64,000 nt of DNA from Nitrosopumilaceae archaeon (lineage in GTDB: Archaea > Thermoproteota > Nitrososphaeria > Nitrososphaerales > Nitrosopumilaceae), in the NCBI GenBank assembly GCA_965214835.1, contig CBDCCK010000002.1, positions 2,208,001 through 2,272,000 on the forward strand, written 5' to 3'. The translations under genes were made by a program, and so were the position numbers. Shown in pieces: positions 30,323 through 41,099 of the stretch; positions within the stretch are counted from its first letter, which is position 1; every line of letters starts with the position of its first letter. The notes under the pieces are model-generated. The model was not told the origin of the DNA. It ran no database searches and worked only from the letters and a program-made list of their open reading frames with translations.

Positions 30323-30566
30323 TTTACAGGATAGTCTTATCTGCCGATGTGTCCCAGCTGAAATCTCCCACCGATGACTTCCCAGTTCCCAGAGAAGATC
30401 AAGGGTGCTAGATGCTTTGAAGGAAATGCCATGATGAGAAAACCAGAAGCCGCCTTCGTGGCTAGGACACCATCGTTTCAATTCGGAGAAAATCCGCATC
30501 CCTGTCGCCTGGGATTGTGTGGCCGCGCGCTGCAAGCGTTAAATCTTAACATGCGTCATTTGTGGT

Positions 30567-30923
30567 ATGAACTGGTTCCTGCTAGGCCTGGCAGTTGCCA
30601 TCGGCGGTGTCTGCGGCAGCATGATTGCCGGCGTCATGGGGTGTGATGATGACATATGCGGGCCCGGGCCGATCCCGGGAGTCGACCTGTCTGGATTCCT
30701 CATGGGTGCGGTGGCAGCCGGGATGCTCGTCATGGTAATATCAGAGTTCTCCTGGGATCGGAGAGGGGAATACATCGGCATCAGGGGCCACCGGAATGTC
30801 CGGCACCGAATAATCCAAAGGGCGGGGGACATTCTCTCCGGCGTCATATCATGGATTCTGACCAGCGCGATACTGGCAGTATCAGTCGTGCTTGCATACA
30901 TTGCATTTGGGTGGGAGTTTTGA
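30567..30923 (+). CDS. Small membrane protein
   Basis: Three hydrophobic segments. Confidence 0.55.
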   Translation: MNWFLLGLAVAIGGVCGSMIAGVMGCDDDICGPGPIPGVDLSGFLMGAVAAGMLVMVISEFSWDRRGEYIGIRGHRNVRHRIIQRAGDILSGVISWILTSAILAVSVVLAYIAFGWEF

Positions 30924-31315
30924 TTCTCCGGTACTGTGCGGCGGTCACTGACAGCAGACTGATTTCTTGTACGAGTTCACATCAATGGTGTTGCTGCACG
31001 AGTCGCATATCCACCACGACCTGGGCTTCAGCAGCCAGATTGTCGGAGAGTATCCTTCAGCCCTCATGGCGTTGCCGCATCTCGGGCATGAGAGTCTCAC
31101 GTTTGTCACACTGTATTGGGTTGGCAGCGTATTTAAGGCTGGGATTGTGCCGGCCGACGGCGCCGGAACCGGGGTTCGGGAAGACGACGAGTGAAAGAAG
31201 ATAGTCCGGAGCGCCAGAACCGGGGCATCTTACAGGTGGCACCGTCACACGCCAGGCTGCCAATCCCGACAGGTTTACAAAAGTTTATGAGAGAGGCTCC
31301 ACATGATACAGGCTG

Positions 31316-32137
31316 TTGGAAGGTATAAGGGAAAACCCCATCACGTACTCGCTAAGGGAGGTCCCGGTTGACTCCATTACCGTGTGGGAGGAGGCCCAAT
31401 CAAGAAAGCTTGACGGCGCAGACATCGACTCGCTTGCCCGCTCCATAAGGACAGAGGGGCTGCAGAATCCCCCGATGGTGCAAAAAGACGGCGCAAACTC
31501 GTACCTGCTCATGGCAGGACAGAGGAGGCTTGCCGCGCTCAAGAGGCTTGGCTCCAGGACGATCCCGGTCCTGGTACTCTCCAGGAACAGCTCGTGCGGT
31601 ATCGAGGACGCAAAGGCGGTATCGATAATTGAAAACCTGCACAGAAGGGACATGTCTGCATCCGAGATGGCCGCATCATGCGTGTTTCTGGCAGAAAAAC
31701 TCGGGGCTACTGCCGCCGCAAAGGCGCTTGGGATCAACCGCGCCACGTTCCGGGAGTACCTCGGGTATGGCGCGGTACCTGACAGGATAAGGGAGATGGT
31801 CCCAAAGGTGATATCCAAGAGGGACGCAATCAGGATATGCAGGGTCGTTACTGCCCCGTCCGATGCACTGGATTTGATTGAGCGGATTTCCGGCTATGAT
31901 CACGCGCAAAAAGGAAGGTACATTGACGCGCTGGAGCAGCTTGGAGGCGGGGCCGAGCACTCTGAAATCCAGAGGCTTGCAAACTCGTTTCGGGCAAGGC
32001 AGCACGTCTCCCTGAAGCTATCAAAGGGCCAGGCAAAGGGGCTGTCAAGGCTGTCGCGCGAGAAGAACCTGGAGCCGGACGAGCTTGCGCAAAAGATAGT
32101 CTCGGACTATCTGTCAAGGAAGGGATTCGGCAGGTAG
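31316..32137 (+). CDS. ParB/RepB/Spo0J-family protein (ParB-N, HTH, probable C-terminal RHH)
   Basis: LARSIRTEGLQNPP...AGQRRLAA...ENLHRRDM. Confidence 0.85.
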   Translation: MEGIRENPITYSLREVPVDSITVWEEAQSRKLDGADIDSLARSIRTEGLQNPPMVQKDGANSYLLMAGQRRLAALKRLGSRTIPVLVLSRNSSCGIEDAKAVSIIENLHRRDMSASEMAASCVFLAEKLGATAAAKALGINRATFREYLGYGAVPDRIREMVPKVISKRDAIRICRVVTAPSDALDLIERISGYDHAQKGRYIDALEQLGGGAEHSEIQRLANSFRARQHVSLKLSKGQAKGLSRLSREKNLEPDELAQKIVSDYLSRKGFGR

Positions 32138-32308
32138 CTTTCGCCCGGGGGATGTACAGGCCGGACAATCATTGAATGCACTGCGTGGTATCTGCCTGTT
32201 TTGTGTCCCTCCCGGCAGGTACGGAGATCACGCCTGCGGCGATTTTATCCTTATAAGGAATCGTTCCATGAGATAGTCATGAAGGATACCACCGGAGGGA
32301 TCTGCTAG

Positions 32309-32623
32309 ATGCCTGCCGTACCAGTTGCCACCCCGGAGAGGATGAAGACCTTCCTCCGTCCCAGCATGGAGGATCTCAAGGCCTGGAAGGAGGAGGGCTG
32401 GAAGACAAAAAAGTCAAACGATGTCATCTTCCACAACAGGATAAGGCAGTGGATGTGTATCACGTCCGACAAGCGACACTGGCTGTTTCCAGGCGAGCTG
32501 CACACCATCAACGGCTGGGGCAAGTTTCCCTACGAGACCGAGACGCTGATAAAGGCAGGACACCAGAGGCTTTTGCCTGTAGAGGAGTATCCTCCGCTTG
32601 TAAAGCCTGATGACGCGTACTGA
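32309..32623 (+). CDS. Hypothetical protein
   Basis: 104-aa ATG ORF with coding-like codon use. Confidence 0.6.
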   Translation: MPAVPVATPERMKTFLRPSMEDLKAWKEEGWKTKKSNDVIFHNRIRQWMCITSDKRHWLFPGELHTINGWGKFPYETETLIKAGHQRLLPVEEYPPLVKPDDAY

Positions 32624-32784
32624 CCGGGTTTTTTTCAGTGATGTATGATTCGTGGCATGTATTGCGCGTAAGGTTCTGATTCCGAATGCGGTATGGCTCA
32701 CCCTGGAAAACACGTCCTGGATCGCGATCCCATACTATGTCACACCCCCGCCAAAATTAAATATCCATCGCGCCTGAATCACGC

Positions 32785-33558
32785 GTGGGCTGGAAGAAGA
32801 TCCTGTCAAATGTCAAGAAAAAATACGATCAGGTTCAGGAGGCCAGGAGGCAGAGGCAGCATGAGCTGGATGAGATCCGTGGCAAGGTTGACGATCTCCT
32901 TGAGCACTTTGAGATACCTGATCTCGAGGAGTTTTTGAAAAAGTACCTGAACAAAAAACCGGAGCCGGAGGTCGACACCGATGACAGTGGAAGAAGACGC
33001 AAAATCCCGCCGTCCAGAAAGGACTACCTTGACTTTATCTGGAACATGTCGCCGGCGGGGAGATAAGATACGCCCATCTCAGCGAGTTTGCAAAAAAAGA
33101 AACGGATTGTGTCCCCTGGTTTTTTCAGGGATGCCGACGGCCCGGCGCGCGGACGCGGCGACTTTGGGATGATGATTGACTCCATAGGCGCGGAGTTTGA
33201 GCCCGAAAAGATATCAAATGAGGAGCACCTCGAATCGCAGCTTGTGATCTTTCTCAAGGCAAAGTTTCCCGGCAGGAAGATTGACCGGCAGGTCACCATA
33301 ATCGGAAACGACCGGATCGACATACTGATAGACGGCAGGTATGTGCTGGAGCTGAAGGTTCCAAAACAGCGCTCGGATCTGCGCAACCTCGGGGCCCAGC
33401 TTGAGGAGTACCAGGAAAGGTTTCCCGACATCTGCGCGATAATATTTGACGACATATCAAACGCATCACTCAGCGGGGACATCGTCGACTATGCCAGCAA
33501 GTACAAGAACAACTACGGAATTCCAAGCGTGATTGTCGGAGGAAAAAGGAGATCCTGA
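32785..33558 (+). pseudogene. Frameshifted protein with a C-terminal PD-(D/E)XK nuclease-like domain
   Basis: Two consecutive ORFs (32785-33066, 33088-33558); RIDILIDGRYVLELKVP...GAQLEEY. Confidence 0.6.
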
Positions 33559-33728
33559 CAGGTCTCCCTAATCAGCCAAGAACCCGTGGCCTGTGTCTAC
33601 CGCCGGCACCGGGCCGCCGTCCGCGCCTGCCGTGCATGGGAATCGTGACTGCAGGCCTGCTTCCGGTCTGAGCTGATGCATCCCCGTATCGTGAAATCCC
33701 AAAAATGTTAATACGGTACAGGGCGGAT

Positions 33729-33902
33729 ATGTCCCTTGTGAGGGGACTGATTGTGAGGCAGCCGCACGCATCAAGGCTTGTGGCGGGGACGAAAAAACAC
33801 GAGTACAGGAGCAGCGCCCTGCGCATGCTCGGCGAGGACGTGCACGTCGTTTCGGGCGGATACAGCATCGGCACCGTCATGTTCGACTCCTATACAATGT
33901 GA
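33729..33902 (+). pseudogene. ASCH-domain fragment
   Basis: GLIVRQPHASRLVAGTKKHEYRS matches the ASCH xQPxA...GxKxxExR motif. Confidence 0.6.
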
Positions 33903-33974
33903 TCCCGACAGAGGACTGGTAAGTTAACGGGAGCTGGTTTCTCCTGGAAGGCGTCGGGAGCTGATGGACGCCAC

Positions 33975-34162
33975 ATAAGGAGAAGAATAACAAAATAAGC
34001 ACAAACTCATGCAACGATCCCGATATTAGAAAAAGATTCACTGCATACAGGTTTGCAGATTACAAAGAACATGTCATAGACCTGCTGCCAAGGGTGACCA
34101 CGGTCTCTGTAGAGACGATGAAGCTGCGACGGGAGCTTGAAAGAATGCCCTGGGGAAAGTAG
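33975..34162 (+). pseudogene. C-terminal remnant of a Type ISP-like restriction-modification enzyme
   Basis: Translates as DPDIRKRFTAYRFADYKEHVIDLLPRVTTVSVETMK, resembling Type ISP C-termini as recalled. Confidence 0.55.
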
Positions 34163-34474
34163 CCAAAGTCATACCCTGGAAAGTCCGATGCCGGCATTAC
34201 CAAGACGTCGAAAAAACCGCAAGCGAGGAAAACCAAGCAGCCTAAAAAGCCAAAAGCCGCAAAGAGGGGCAGAAGGAAATCCGGGCTCCAAGACACGTTT
34301 GACGGAACTGGACAGAAAAGGCTGTTTGGGGACGAGTCCACGGCACAGTCATGTCCAGCACCCCAAGTTAACGCCGGAAACCCCCAACTCAACACCCGGT
34401 CAAAAAACCCCGAAGGTTTACCAGAGTGTTATCGCCACAAGGTTTTTACAATATTCCCATAAAACCAGTGCTTG

Positions 34475-34830
34475 TGAAGGCAACAGAGACTCGATTGGCA
34501 AACTTTTTGAATGACACCAAGCAGTTTGTCATTCCGATTTATCAGCGAACGTACAGTTGGACTGAGAAGCAGTGTGAGCAATTATGGGATGACATCATAA
34601 AGGTTTCACAGAATGAAAAGAATCCGGGCCACTTTATTGGCTCCATTGTATCCATAGAAAAAGGGATAAACCAAGCTTCGGGAGTTGACCAATATTTGGT
34701 AATTGACGGGCAGCAGCGCCTAACAACTTTGACACTACTGCTGTACGCGTTTTCCAAAGCACTGGAAAAACAAGGCAATACCGAGGTCACGGCAAAGAAA
34801 ATCCGTAATTATTGTTTAGTAATTGGCAGT
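34475..34830 (+). pseudogene. DUF262 (GmrSD-type) protein, truncated N-terminal part
   Basis: FVIPIYQRTYSW, HFIGSIV and IDGQQRLTT motifs; breaks off at the start of acs. Confidence 0.85.
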
Positions 34831-34844
34831 CGTTTTGATTTTTC

Positions 34845-36758
34845 ATGCCTGAGAAATTCCTAGTCGGACTTGGCAACAATAACCCGGAGGTTCGCGAGTC
34901 GGCAGACTCTGATTTTGTATCCTTTTGGGACAGCGAGGCCAAGAAGCTAAGCTGGTTTGAGCCATGGACGAAAACCCTGGACTGGAACCCCCCCTTTGCC
35001 AGGTGGTTCGTTGGCGGAAAGATCAACGCGTCGTATAACGCGTTGGATGTCCACCAAACATCCATCTCGCAAAAGCCTGCCATTCTGTGGGAGGGCGAAA
35101 ACGGCGACTCTCGAACCCTGACCTATGGGTACATGTGGAGAAAAGTCCAAAGGCTTGCCGGCGGCCTAAGATCCCTGGGCCTCCAAAAGGGCGACAGGGT
35201 CACGATCTACATGCCAATGGTGCCCGAGCTGCCAATTGCAATGCTGGCCTGTGCCAGAATCGGCGCGATTCATACCGTGGTGTTTTCAGGATTCAGCTCA
35301 GCATCACTGCGTGACAGGATTGACGACTCTAAATCCAAAGTCGTCATAACCGCCGATGGCGGATACCGGAGGGGCTCCATTGTCAGGCTCAAGGAAACAG
35401 TCGATGAGGCAATCAAACCGCTTGACTTTGTTGAACATGTCGTTGTGCTTGAGCGAGCAAAAAACGAGATTCAAACGAGTCGGCGTGACATACCTTGGAG
35501 CCAGCTAATGGATGATTCCTCCGAGGATTGCACTGCAGAACCGCTGGACAGTGCACATCCTTTGTACATCCTGTACACCTCTGGCACCACCGGAAAACCC
35601 AAGGGAGTCTTGCACGGGATCGGGGGCTACCTGACCCACCTGCATACCACGTTCCGGTGGGCATTTGACATCAAGGACTCTGATGTCTACTTTTGCACTG
35701 CCGATATAGGCTGGGTTACAGGTCACAGCTATGTGGTCTATGCCCCGTTGCTTTGTGGTGCAACCCAGGTCATGTATGAGGGGGCGCCTGATTTTCCTGA
35801 CGCCTCAAGAATGTGGGATATTATTCAAAAATACGGGGTGACTATCTTCTACACAACCCCTACGGCCCTGCGCATGTTTATGAAGTACGGCGACGATATC
35901 CCGAACTCCTTTGATCTGTCCACCGTTCGCCTACTGGGAACCGTAGGTGAGCCCATCAATCCCGCGGTCTGGAGGTGGTACTATAAAATAATTGGGAAGA
36001 AAAGGTGTCCGATCATTGACACGTGGTGGCAGACTGAGACCGGAGGCATGCTGATCTCGCCACTGCCTGGAATCGAGACCATTCCACTAAAGCCCGGCTC
36101 TGGCACGCTCCCGATTCCCGGGTTGGATGTGGCAGTAGTTGACGAGTCTGGCAATGATGTTGGGACAGACACCAAGGGACACCTTGTAATTCGCAACCCG
36201 TGGCCTGGAATGCTGTTGGGATTGTGGGGTGATGATGAAAAGTACAGAACCGCTTACTGGTCAAAATACGAGAACTGCTACTATCCTGGCGATTATGCCA
36301 TCCGGGACAAGGATGGTTATTTCTGGCTACTGGGCCGGGCCGACGATGTCCTCAAGGTGGCCGGACACCGCATCGGAACTGCGGAACTGGAAAGCAGTAT
36401 AATCGCACATGGTGATGTTGCAGAGTCTGCTGTATGTGGAGTTCCCGACGAGGTAAAGGGGGAGACCATAATTGCATTTGTTGTGCTGCGCGAGGGTGTA
36501 CACAGGGATCCTGACATCTTGCGCAGGGAAATTACCTTGCAAGTCAGAAACGGCGTCGGCCCCATTGCCACGCCCCGGCAAATCTACTTTGTCTCAAAGC
36601 TGCCCAAAACAAGAAGCGGAAAAATAATGCGCAGGCTGCTCAAGGCCATTGCAGGCAAGGAGGAGGTTGGGGATGTCAGTACTCTGGAGGATGGCGCCGC
36701 CGTAAGCGAGATCCGATCTGCATTTGATGAGCTCCGAGAATCAGTTGACCATGACTGA
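34845..36758 (+). CDS. acs: Acetate--CoA ligase (AMP-forming)
   Basis: YTSGTTGKPKG, DTWWQTETGG, GRADD, LPKTRSGKIMRR. Confidence 0.95.
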   Translation: MPEKFLVGLGNNNPEVRESADSDFVSFWDSEAKKLSWFEPWTKTLDWNPPFARWFVGGKINASYNALDVHQTSISQKPAILWEGENGDSRTLTYGYMWRKVQRLAGGLRSLGLQKGDRVTIYMPMVPELPIAMLACARIGAIHTVVFSGFSSASLRDRIDDSKSKVVITADGGYRRGSIVRLKETVDEAIKPLDFVEHVVVLERAKNEIQTSRRDIPWSQLMDDSSEDCTAEPLDSAHPLYILYTSGTTGKPKGVLHGIGGYLTHLHTTFRWAFDIKDSDVYFCTADIGWVTGHSYVVYAPLLCGATQVMYEGAPDFPDASRMWDIIQKYGVTIFYTTPTALRMFMKYGDDIPNSFDLSTVRLLGTVGEPINPAVWRWYYKIIGKKRCPIIDTWWQTETGGMLISPLPGIETIPLKPGSGTLPIPGLDVAVVDESGNDVGTDTKGHLVIRNPWPGMLLGLWGDDEKYRTAYWSKYENCYYPGDYAIRDKDGYFWLLGRADDVLKVAGHRIGTAELESSIIAHGDVAESAVCGVPDEVKGETIIAFVVLREGVHRDPDILRREITLQVRNGVGPIATPRQIYFVSKLPKTRSGKIMRRLLKAIAGKEEVGDVSTLEDGAAVSEIRSAFDELRESVDHD

Positions 36759-37400
36759 CTATTGTGACATCAGTTCTGCATTTCCGAACAGCACGCTGAA
36801 TGCCTTACACCAGATTAGGACCTGACCGTATTCCTCCAAGTCTGTGCCGTCTGGAATCTCATAGTTTTGGTTTCCTCGGTTTGCCTTTAGCTCGCCCAGG
36901 TTGACGAACTCTGATGCATGCTTGTCTGTTGCAAGATAGACATACAGATCCGGTCCGTTAGTTGATCTGAAATCCTCTAGCCTCAGGATCTGGCTTCCTC
37001 CCTCCAACGGCAGTACCTTTGCTATTCCTTGCGCATCGTGAATGCCGTCTCCGACTCCGATGAATCTCCCTTCATATGCTTTGAGTGGCATCGTCTCTAC
37101 CACTTCGTCCTCCTCCATAGTCATGGCATCCTCGTCTGCCATCCTGGCCTCGTCCTCCTCCATAGTCATGGCATCCTCGTCTGCCATCCTGGCCTCGTCC
37201 TCCTCCATAGTCATGGCATCCTCGTCTGCCATCCTGGCCTCGTCGCCTTTTATCGTCGTTTCAGGCTCTACCTGAGTTGTAATCACGTTATCTGGAATCT
37301 CTTCGTTTATAGTTGACTCTGTAAAGTATGGGCTGATTGCATAAACTGAAATTGGCACTATGATTGCAGCTATAACTATTCCGATTATTGCCCTGTTCAT
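36759..37400 (-). CDS. Membrane-anchored DM13-domain protein with Met/acidic repeats
   Basis: N-terminal TM; HDAQG...NGPDLYVYL...GNQNY...IWCKAF; 45-bp unit three times. Confidence 0.88.
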   Translation of the reverse strand: MNRAIIGIVIAAIIVPISVYAISPYFTESTINEEIPDNVITTQVEPETTIKGDEARMADEDAMTMEEDEARMADEDAMTMEEDEARMADEDAMTMEEDEVVETMPLKAYEGRFIGVGDGIHDAQGIAKVLPLEGGSQILRLEDFRSTNGPDLYVYLATDKHASEFVNLGELKANRGNQNYEIPDGTDLEEYGQVLIWCKAFSVLFGNAELMSQ

Positions 37401-37467
37401 ATGGGTGGGTGTTTTCAGATTGTATTTAATATAATCTCCAAATTCAATCCTCCCACATTCATTAGTG

Positions 37468-37596
37468 GGGGTTGTCGCCTAATTCGCTAGAATCCCCGAA
37501 AACCGTTGAGATGCCATATGATCATGCGTGCAAAAGGGCGGAAATTCAGAAAAACGTGCAGATTGGGTCAAATAAGTGGAATTAGGCGACAACCCC
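37468..37596. mobile_element. MITE family B (129 bp, 18-bp TIR)
   Basis: ggggttgtcgcctaattc...gaattaggcgacaacccc; second copy inverted at 48264-48392. Confidence 0.9.
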
Positions 37597-37648
37597 CGTG
37601 TTATATGAAAATTAGTTTAGTACAATCTGGTTCATTTTACGTCATTTT

Positions 37649-38205
37649 TTATGATTTATTGTAACAGATCGGGCTCTGGAAGTTCAGGCGTGAATTTTGC
37701 AACCTCGGAGGGGGGGCCTCCCGGGCAAATTCGTGCCTGGAATCGGGGCCTTTTTGTCCGTCTTTTTTCGGCTTGAGATCCCCTCGCTTCTCCCTCTTAC
37801 CGTATCTGTCAGTAACGACGCCGGTACTGTCGACTGCAAGCTTTAGTGCAGACGTGTCAAACCATGCAGGGCATTTGCGTGCAGTCTCAGATATCATCTC
37901 CTCAAGCCACTTGTTTGGAATCTTTGGCATGAGCCTGCACAGGGTGACGTGGTCTGGCACCGGCCCGTCGCTCTAGCGGGGTAGCCTTGGACAGAAAAAC
38001 AGGGAAATTTTACATTTTGACTATATTCCACCGGCCCGTCGCTCTAGCGGGATAGCCTTGGACAGTGCACAAGACACTGCGTGTCACGGCATGTCAGGTT
38101 CAGACACATCGTCAAAATACATAAGCACGCTAGCCCGTCGCGGCTGTGGACTGCCGGCCGTCCCGGCCCGGAACGGATCTTGACGGGATGCGGGTTCTCC
38201 ATGAT
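37649..38205 (-). pseudogene. IS5-like transposase remnant
   Basis: PDHVTLCR and AVDSTG motifs; stops and frameshifts. Confidence 0.6.
37958..38065. repeat. 37-bp direct repeat (37958-37994, 38029-38065; 1 mismatch) with a 34-bp AT-rich interval
   Basis: caccggcccgtcgctctagcggg(g/a)tagccttggacag occurs twice, period 71. Confidence 0.95.
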
Positions 38206-38597
38206 CAAAGAAGCTATGCTGGATGGGAGAATCCTAGTTCTTTGGTGTGGGCAGCATGGTGTACTTGTACCCCTTGCGTCTCTTGTGTTTGCTCATTAGA
38301 GAACCCACATCAGCTCTGATCAATACAGGGGAGAATTTAGAAAATTAGGCTAGTTGCCGAATTAGGAAACGGATCCGGCAGGCCATGCAGACAGCACTAG
38401 GGCCGGTTCCCGTTTGGAATACATTGCATTGACGGCACACGATATTCTGACTTGTCTGGCTGAGGATCCGTTGTATCCGGACTCTGGCAAAACCAAGCTG
38501 CGAACTGTGGCATACTGCATGCGTAAGACATGCCGCAAGAAATAATCCTGACAGCGTGCGCATTTTCAGCCAAGGCTTCATGCAAGCTGATAGAGGA

Positions 38598-39548
38598 TCA
38601 CCCCCTCATTCCGTATCCGACCAGCACGGAATAGCAACCCAGGCCGCACTCCTCACATCTTGGCTTCATGGAGCCGTCCTCTGCGCTCCCGATACAGCAG
38701 GGGCGCTTTTCTCTTCCCATGTGATCAACTGACAGGATGGCCCATGTGGGACAGTCAATTGGGACAGTCCCTCTTCCACCCCAGTTCCTTTTCATCAGTT
38801 CAAGCTGGCTCTTGGGATTGATCACGTATCCCCTGTACTCGTCCTCTGACATCCGAATCAGCTCGTTTACTAACCTAGTTCGTTGTTTGCCAAACGGCAT
38901 CCACAGGGGATCCCCCTTCATAAAGGGCGTGTGAAACTGAAAGCCGATTTTGTTTGAGTAGGGCTTCCAGTCCTCGATTACCTGCCTTACCGTCTTGTAG
39001 TTTTGTGAGTTGATTGTCATTGTAATCCAAATGTCCTTGTAAGCCCTGTTCCCATTGTCTTTGACATAGTCTAGGACGTTTTTTCTCGTCTTTGCCCATG
39101 CACCATCCCCCCTGATTCTGTTGTGCGTCTCCTCATCCCCGTCAATTGATATCCAGTAAAAGTAAATGTCCTTGAGGCGTGGTATCGGAAACGTGCCGTT
39201 TGTGACAACTGAGACCCTTTTTGGAAACTCCCTTACGAACAGCTCCACCACGTCCTGGCGCATCATCGGCTCCCCTCCCACAAGCGTGATGATGAAAACG
39301 TGGTTCTTCTTGAACTTGTACTCGATTACGTCCTTCCACTGCTCTACCGTCAGATCCTCGTTTTCCTGCCGATTCAGCCACCAGTAGCAGTGCTCGCAGT
39401 GTAGGTTGCATACGTTGACGATGTCCGCCGATCCGTACAGCGGGCTTTTCCTGTTGAAAAGCCGGTACCCTGCAAACTTTGCCATGATGTGAAAGTAGCA
39501 TGGGGACTCCCGGAGAATCTGCCTGAACCCCCTTCCCATGATCTCCAT
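38598..39548 (-). CDS. Radical SAM protein
   Basis: CNLHCEHC, GGEP, TNG and SIDG motifs; C-terminal Cys cluster. Confidence 0.9.
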   Translation of the reverse strand: MEIMGRGFRQILRESPCYFHIMAKFAGYRLFNRKSPLYGSADIVNVCNLHCEHCYWWLNRQENEDLTVEQWKDVIEYKFKKNHVFIITLVGGEPMMRQDVVELFVREFPKRVSVVTNGTFPIPRLKDIYFYWISIDGDEETHNRIRGDGAWAKTRKNVLDYVKDNGNRAYKDIWITMTINSQNYKTVRQVIEDWKPYSNKIGFQFHTPFMKGDPLWMPFGKQRTRLVNELIRMSEDEYRGYVINPKSQLELMKRNWGGRGTVPIDCPTWAILSVDHMGREKRPCCIGSAEDGSMKPRCEECGLGCYSVLVGYGMRG

Positions 39549-39602
39549 TTTAATCAGGAATGTTTAGCTGATCCTCTACTTAAGATTTGAACGAAAAATT
39601 AG

Positions 39603-39690
39603 GCACGGGCCACCACTGCTCGGTGGCTAGGCGAGTCTGCATGCGGCCGTGGTTTTCATGTCTCGCCAGCAATGGGAGGATGCCCCGCAC
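39603..39690 (-). mobile_element. Degenerate MITE family A copy
   Basis: Aligns loosely with 46513-46605. Confidence 0.5.
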
Positions 39691-39722
39691 GCTGCAAATA
39701 GACGTGGCCCCTTTGGACCGGC

Positions 39723-40748
39723 TTATCCGAACCACTGTTCCAGCGTCTGGCTCTTTTTCTCGACTGCCTTTTTCAGGCGGTTCAGGGATGCGGCCACCCT
39801 GTCTGCGGAAAACTCCCTTTCCTTGACCAGATAGTCGGAGATCCCGTCATAGTCCACCCTGCCAAAGACTATCTCGCCAACCTCCTTGACCTCGGGCTCC
39901 AGGAAGATTTTTCTTATCTGCCCATAGTCGATCTCGGACAGCCTTTCCTGTATGGACGGTATGTCCTCAAGCCTCTTGTACTCCCTGATCATCTTCAAGG
40001 CCGTCTTTGGGCCCACCCTCTCGAATCCGTCCGGGTTAAAGTCGGTTCCGATCAGTATACCGACATCGACTAGCTGCTCCTGCGTCAGCTTTAACTCGTC
40101 AAGGCATTTCTGCGTCTCGATGACCTCCGGCTCGACCTCGACGTATGAGTTCCGGTTTGGAATCTTCCGCCTCCCGCTGTTTGTAAAGTTCCTGACAAGC
40201 TTTTTTGCGCCAAACAGGACAGAGTCAAAGTCCTGACTTGCAGCCGCATGTGCCTGGTTTGAGTTTGTCAGGTGCGCTGCCATGGCCTCCCCCTCTGAGG
40301 GCGCATCAATGCACGGAATCCCAAAGAATCCCAGCAGCCGCTTAGAGTCCTCCACCATGCCGTCCTTCATTGCGGTAGTCTGCTGCGCGTATTTTCGCGC
40401 ATCCTCCATCTTTCCCTCCGAGAGCGCCTTTTCATACTTTATGGTGGCATCCTTTTTGATCTGCCTCCTCCTTTGGATCTCTGCGGACTTTAGCGACGGC
40501 GACCTTCCGTCAAAGACGTAGACTGGCCTTATCCCGATTGATAAAAAGTTGATGTTCCTGTACAGCAGTCCGCTGAGGTGGCTGGTTATCCTGCCCCGGG
40601 AGTCCGACAGGTTCATCCCGTCTGGACCCCTGATGATTGCCAGAAACTGGTAGATTGCATTGTACGCGTCTATTGCCACCACCCTGGTCGCAAAGGATTC
40701 CAGCCTTGTCCTCTCCCGTATGACCAGTGGCTTCAGATCTAGTCCCAA
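39723..40748 (-). CDS. fen: Flap endonuclease 1
   Basis: AIDAYN, YVFDG, SEGEA, SQDFD, GTDFN; C-terminal PIP box QTLEQWF. Confidence 0.97.
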   Translation of the reverse strand: MGLDLKPLVIRERTRLESFATRVVAIDAYNAIYQFLAIIRGPDGMNLSDSRGRITSHLSGLLYRNINFLSIGIRPVYVFDGRSPSLKSAEIQRRRQIKKDATIKYEKALSEGKMEDARKYAQQTTAMKDGMVEDSKRLLGFFGIPCIDAPSEGEAMAAHLTNSNQAHAAASQDFDSVLFGAKKLVRNFTNSGRRKIPNRNSYVEVEPEVIETQKCLDELKLTQEQLVDVGILIGTDFNPDGFERVGPKTALKMIREYKRLEDIPSIQERLSEIDYGQIRKIFLEPEVKEVGEIVFGRVDYDGISDYLVKEREFSADRVAASLNRLKKAVEKKSQTLEQWFG

Positions 40749-40825
40749 TTTACCATTCTCCGTCTAATCCTGCTTTTTGTATTGCGGTGACTTTCTATAT
40801 TAAGGGCCGTCTCGCTACTCTTCTT

Positions 40826-40907
40826 GCCAGGTTAGCCAAGTGGTAAGGCGGCCGTCTCGAAAACGGCTACGCGCAAGCGTACAGGGGTTCGAATCCCTTA
40901 CCTGGCG
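40826..40907 (+). tRNA. tRNA-Ser(CGA)
   Basis: GCCAGGT/ACCTGGC acceptor stem, GCCGT-CTCGAAA-ACGGC anticodon arm, long variable arm, G73. Confidence 0.92.
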
Positions 40908-41099
40908 CTCAAACCTCCCAGGCGCGATCACAGGCGATCCCTCCGGATCTGCGGCCCTCACGGAAGACTCTGCTGTAGCCGGTGCATCATACATGCAGAA
41001 ATGATGGCCCGGCCTGCCTCCGAGCTCTTCGGCAGGATGCGGGCATCCGGGGCGCGTTGATCAGGCACAGCCGCGTCGTGATCAAGGCGTGCTGGGATC

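Noticed and set aside
31160-31226. 15-bp near-repeat gcgcc(g/a)gaaccgggg, period 51
   Set aside because: Too short and outside the 69-75 bp period, so it was not counted among the X-Y-X loci.
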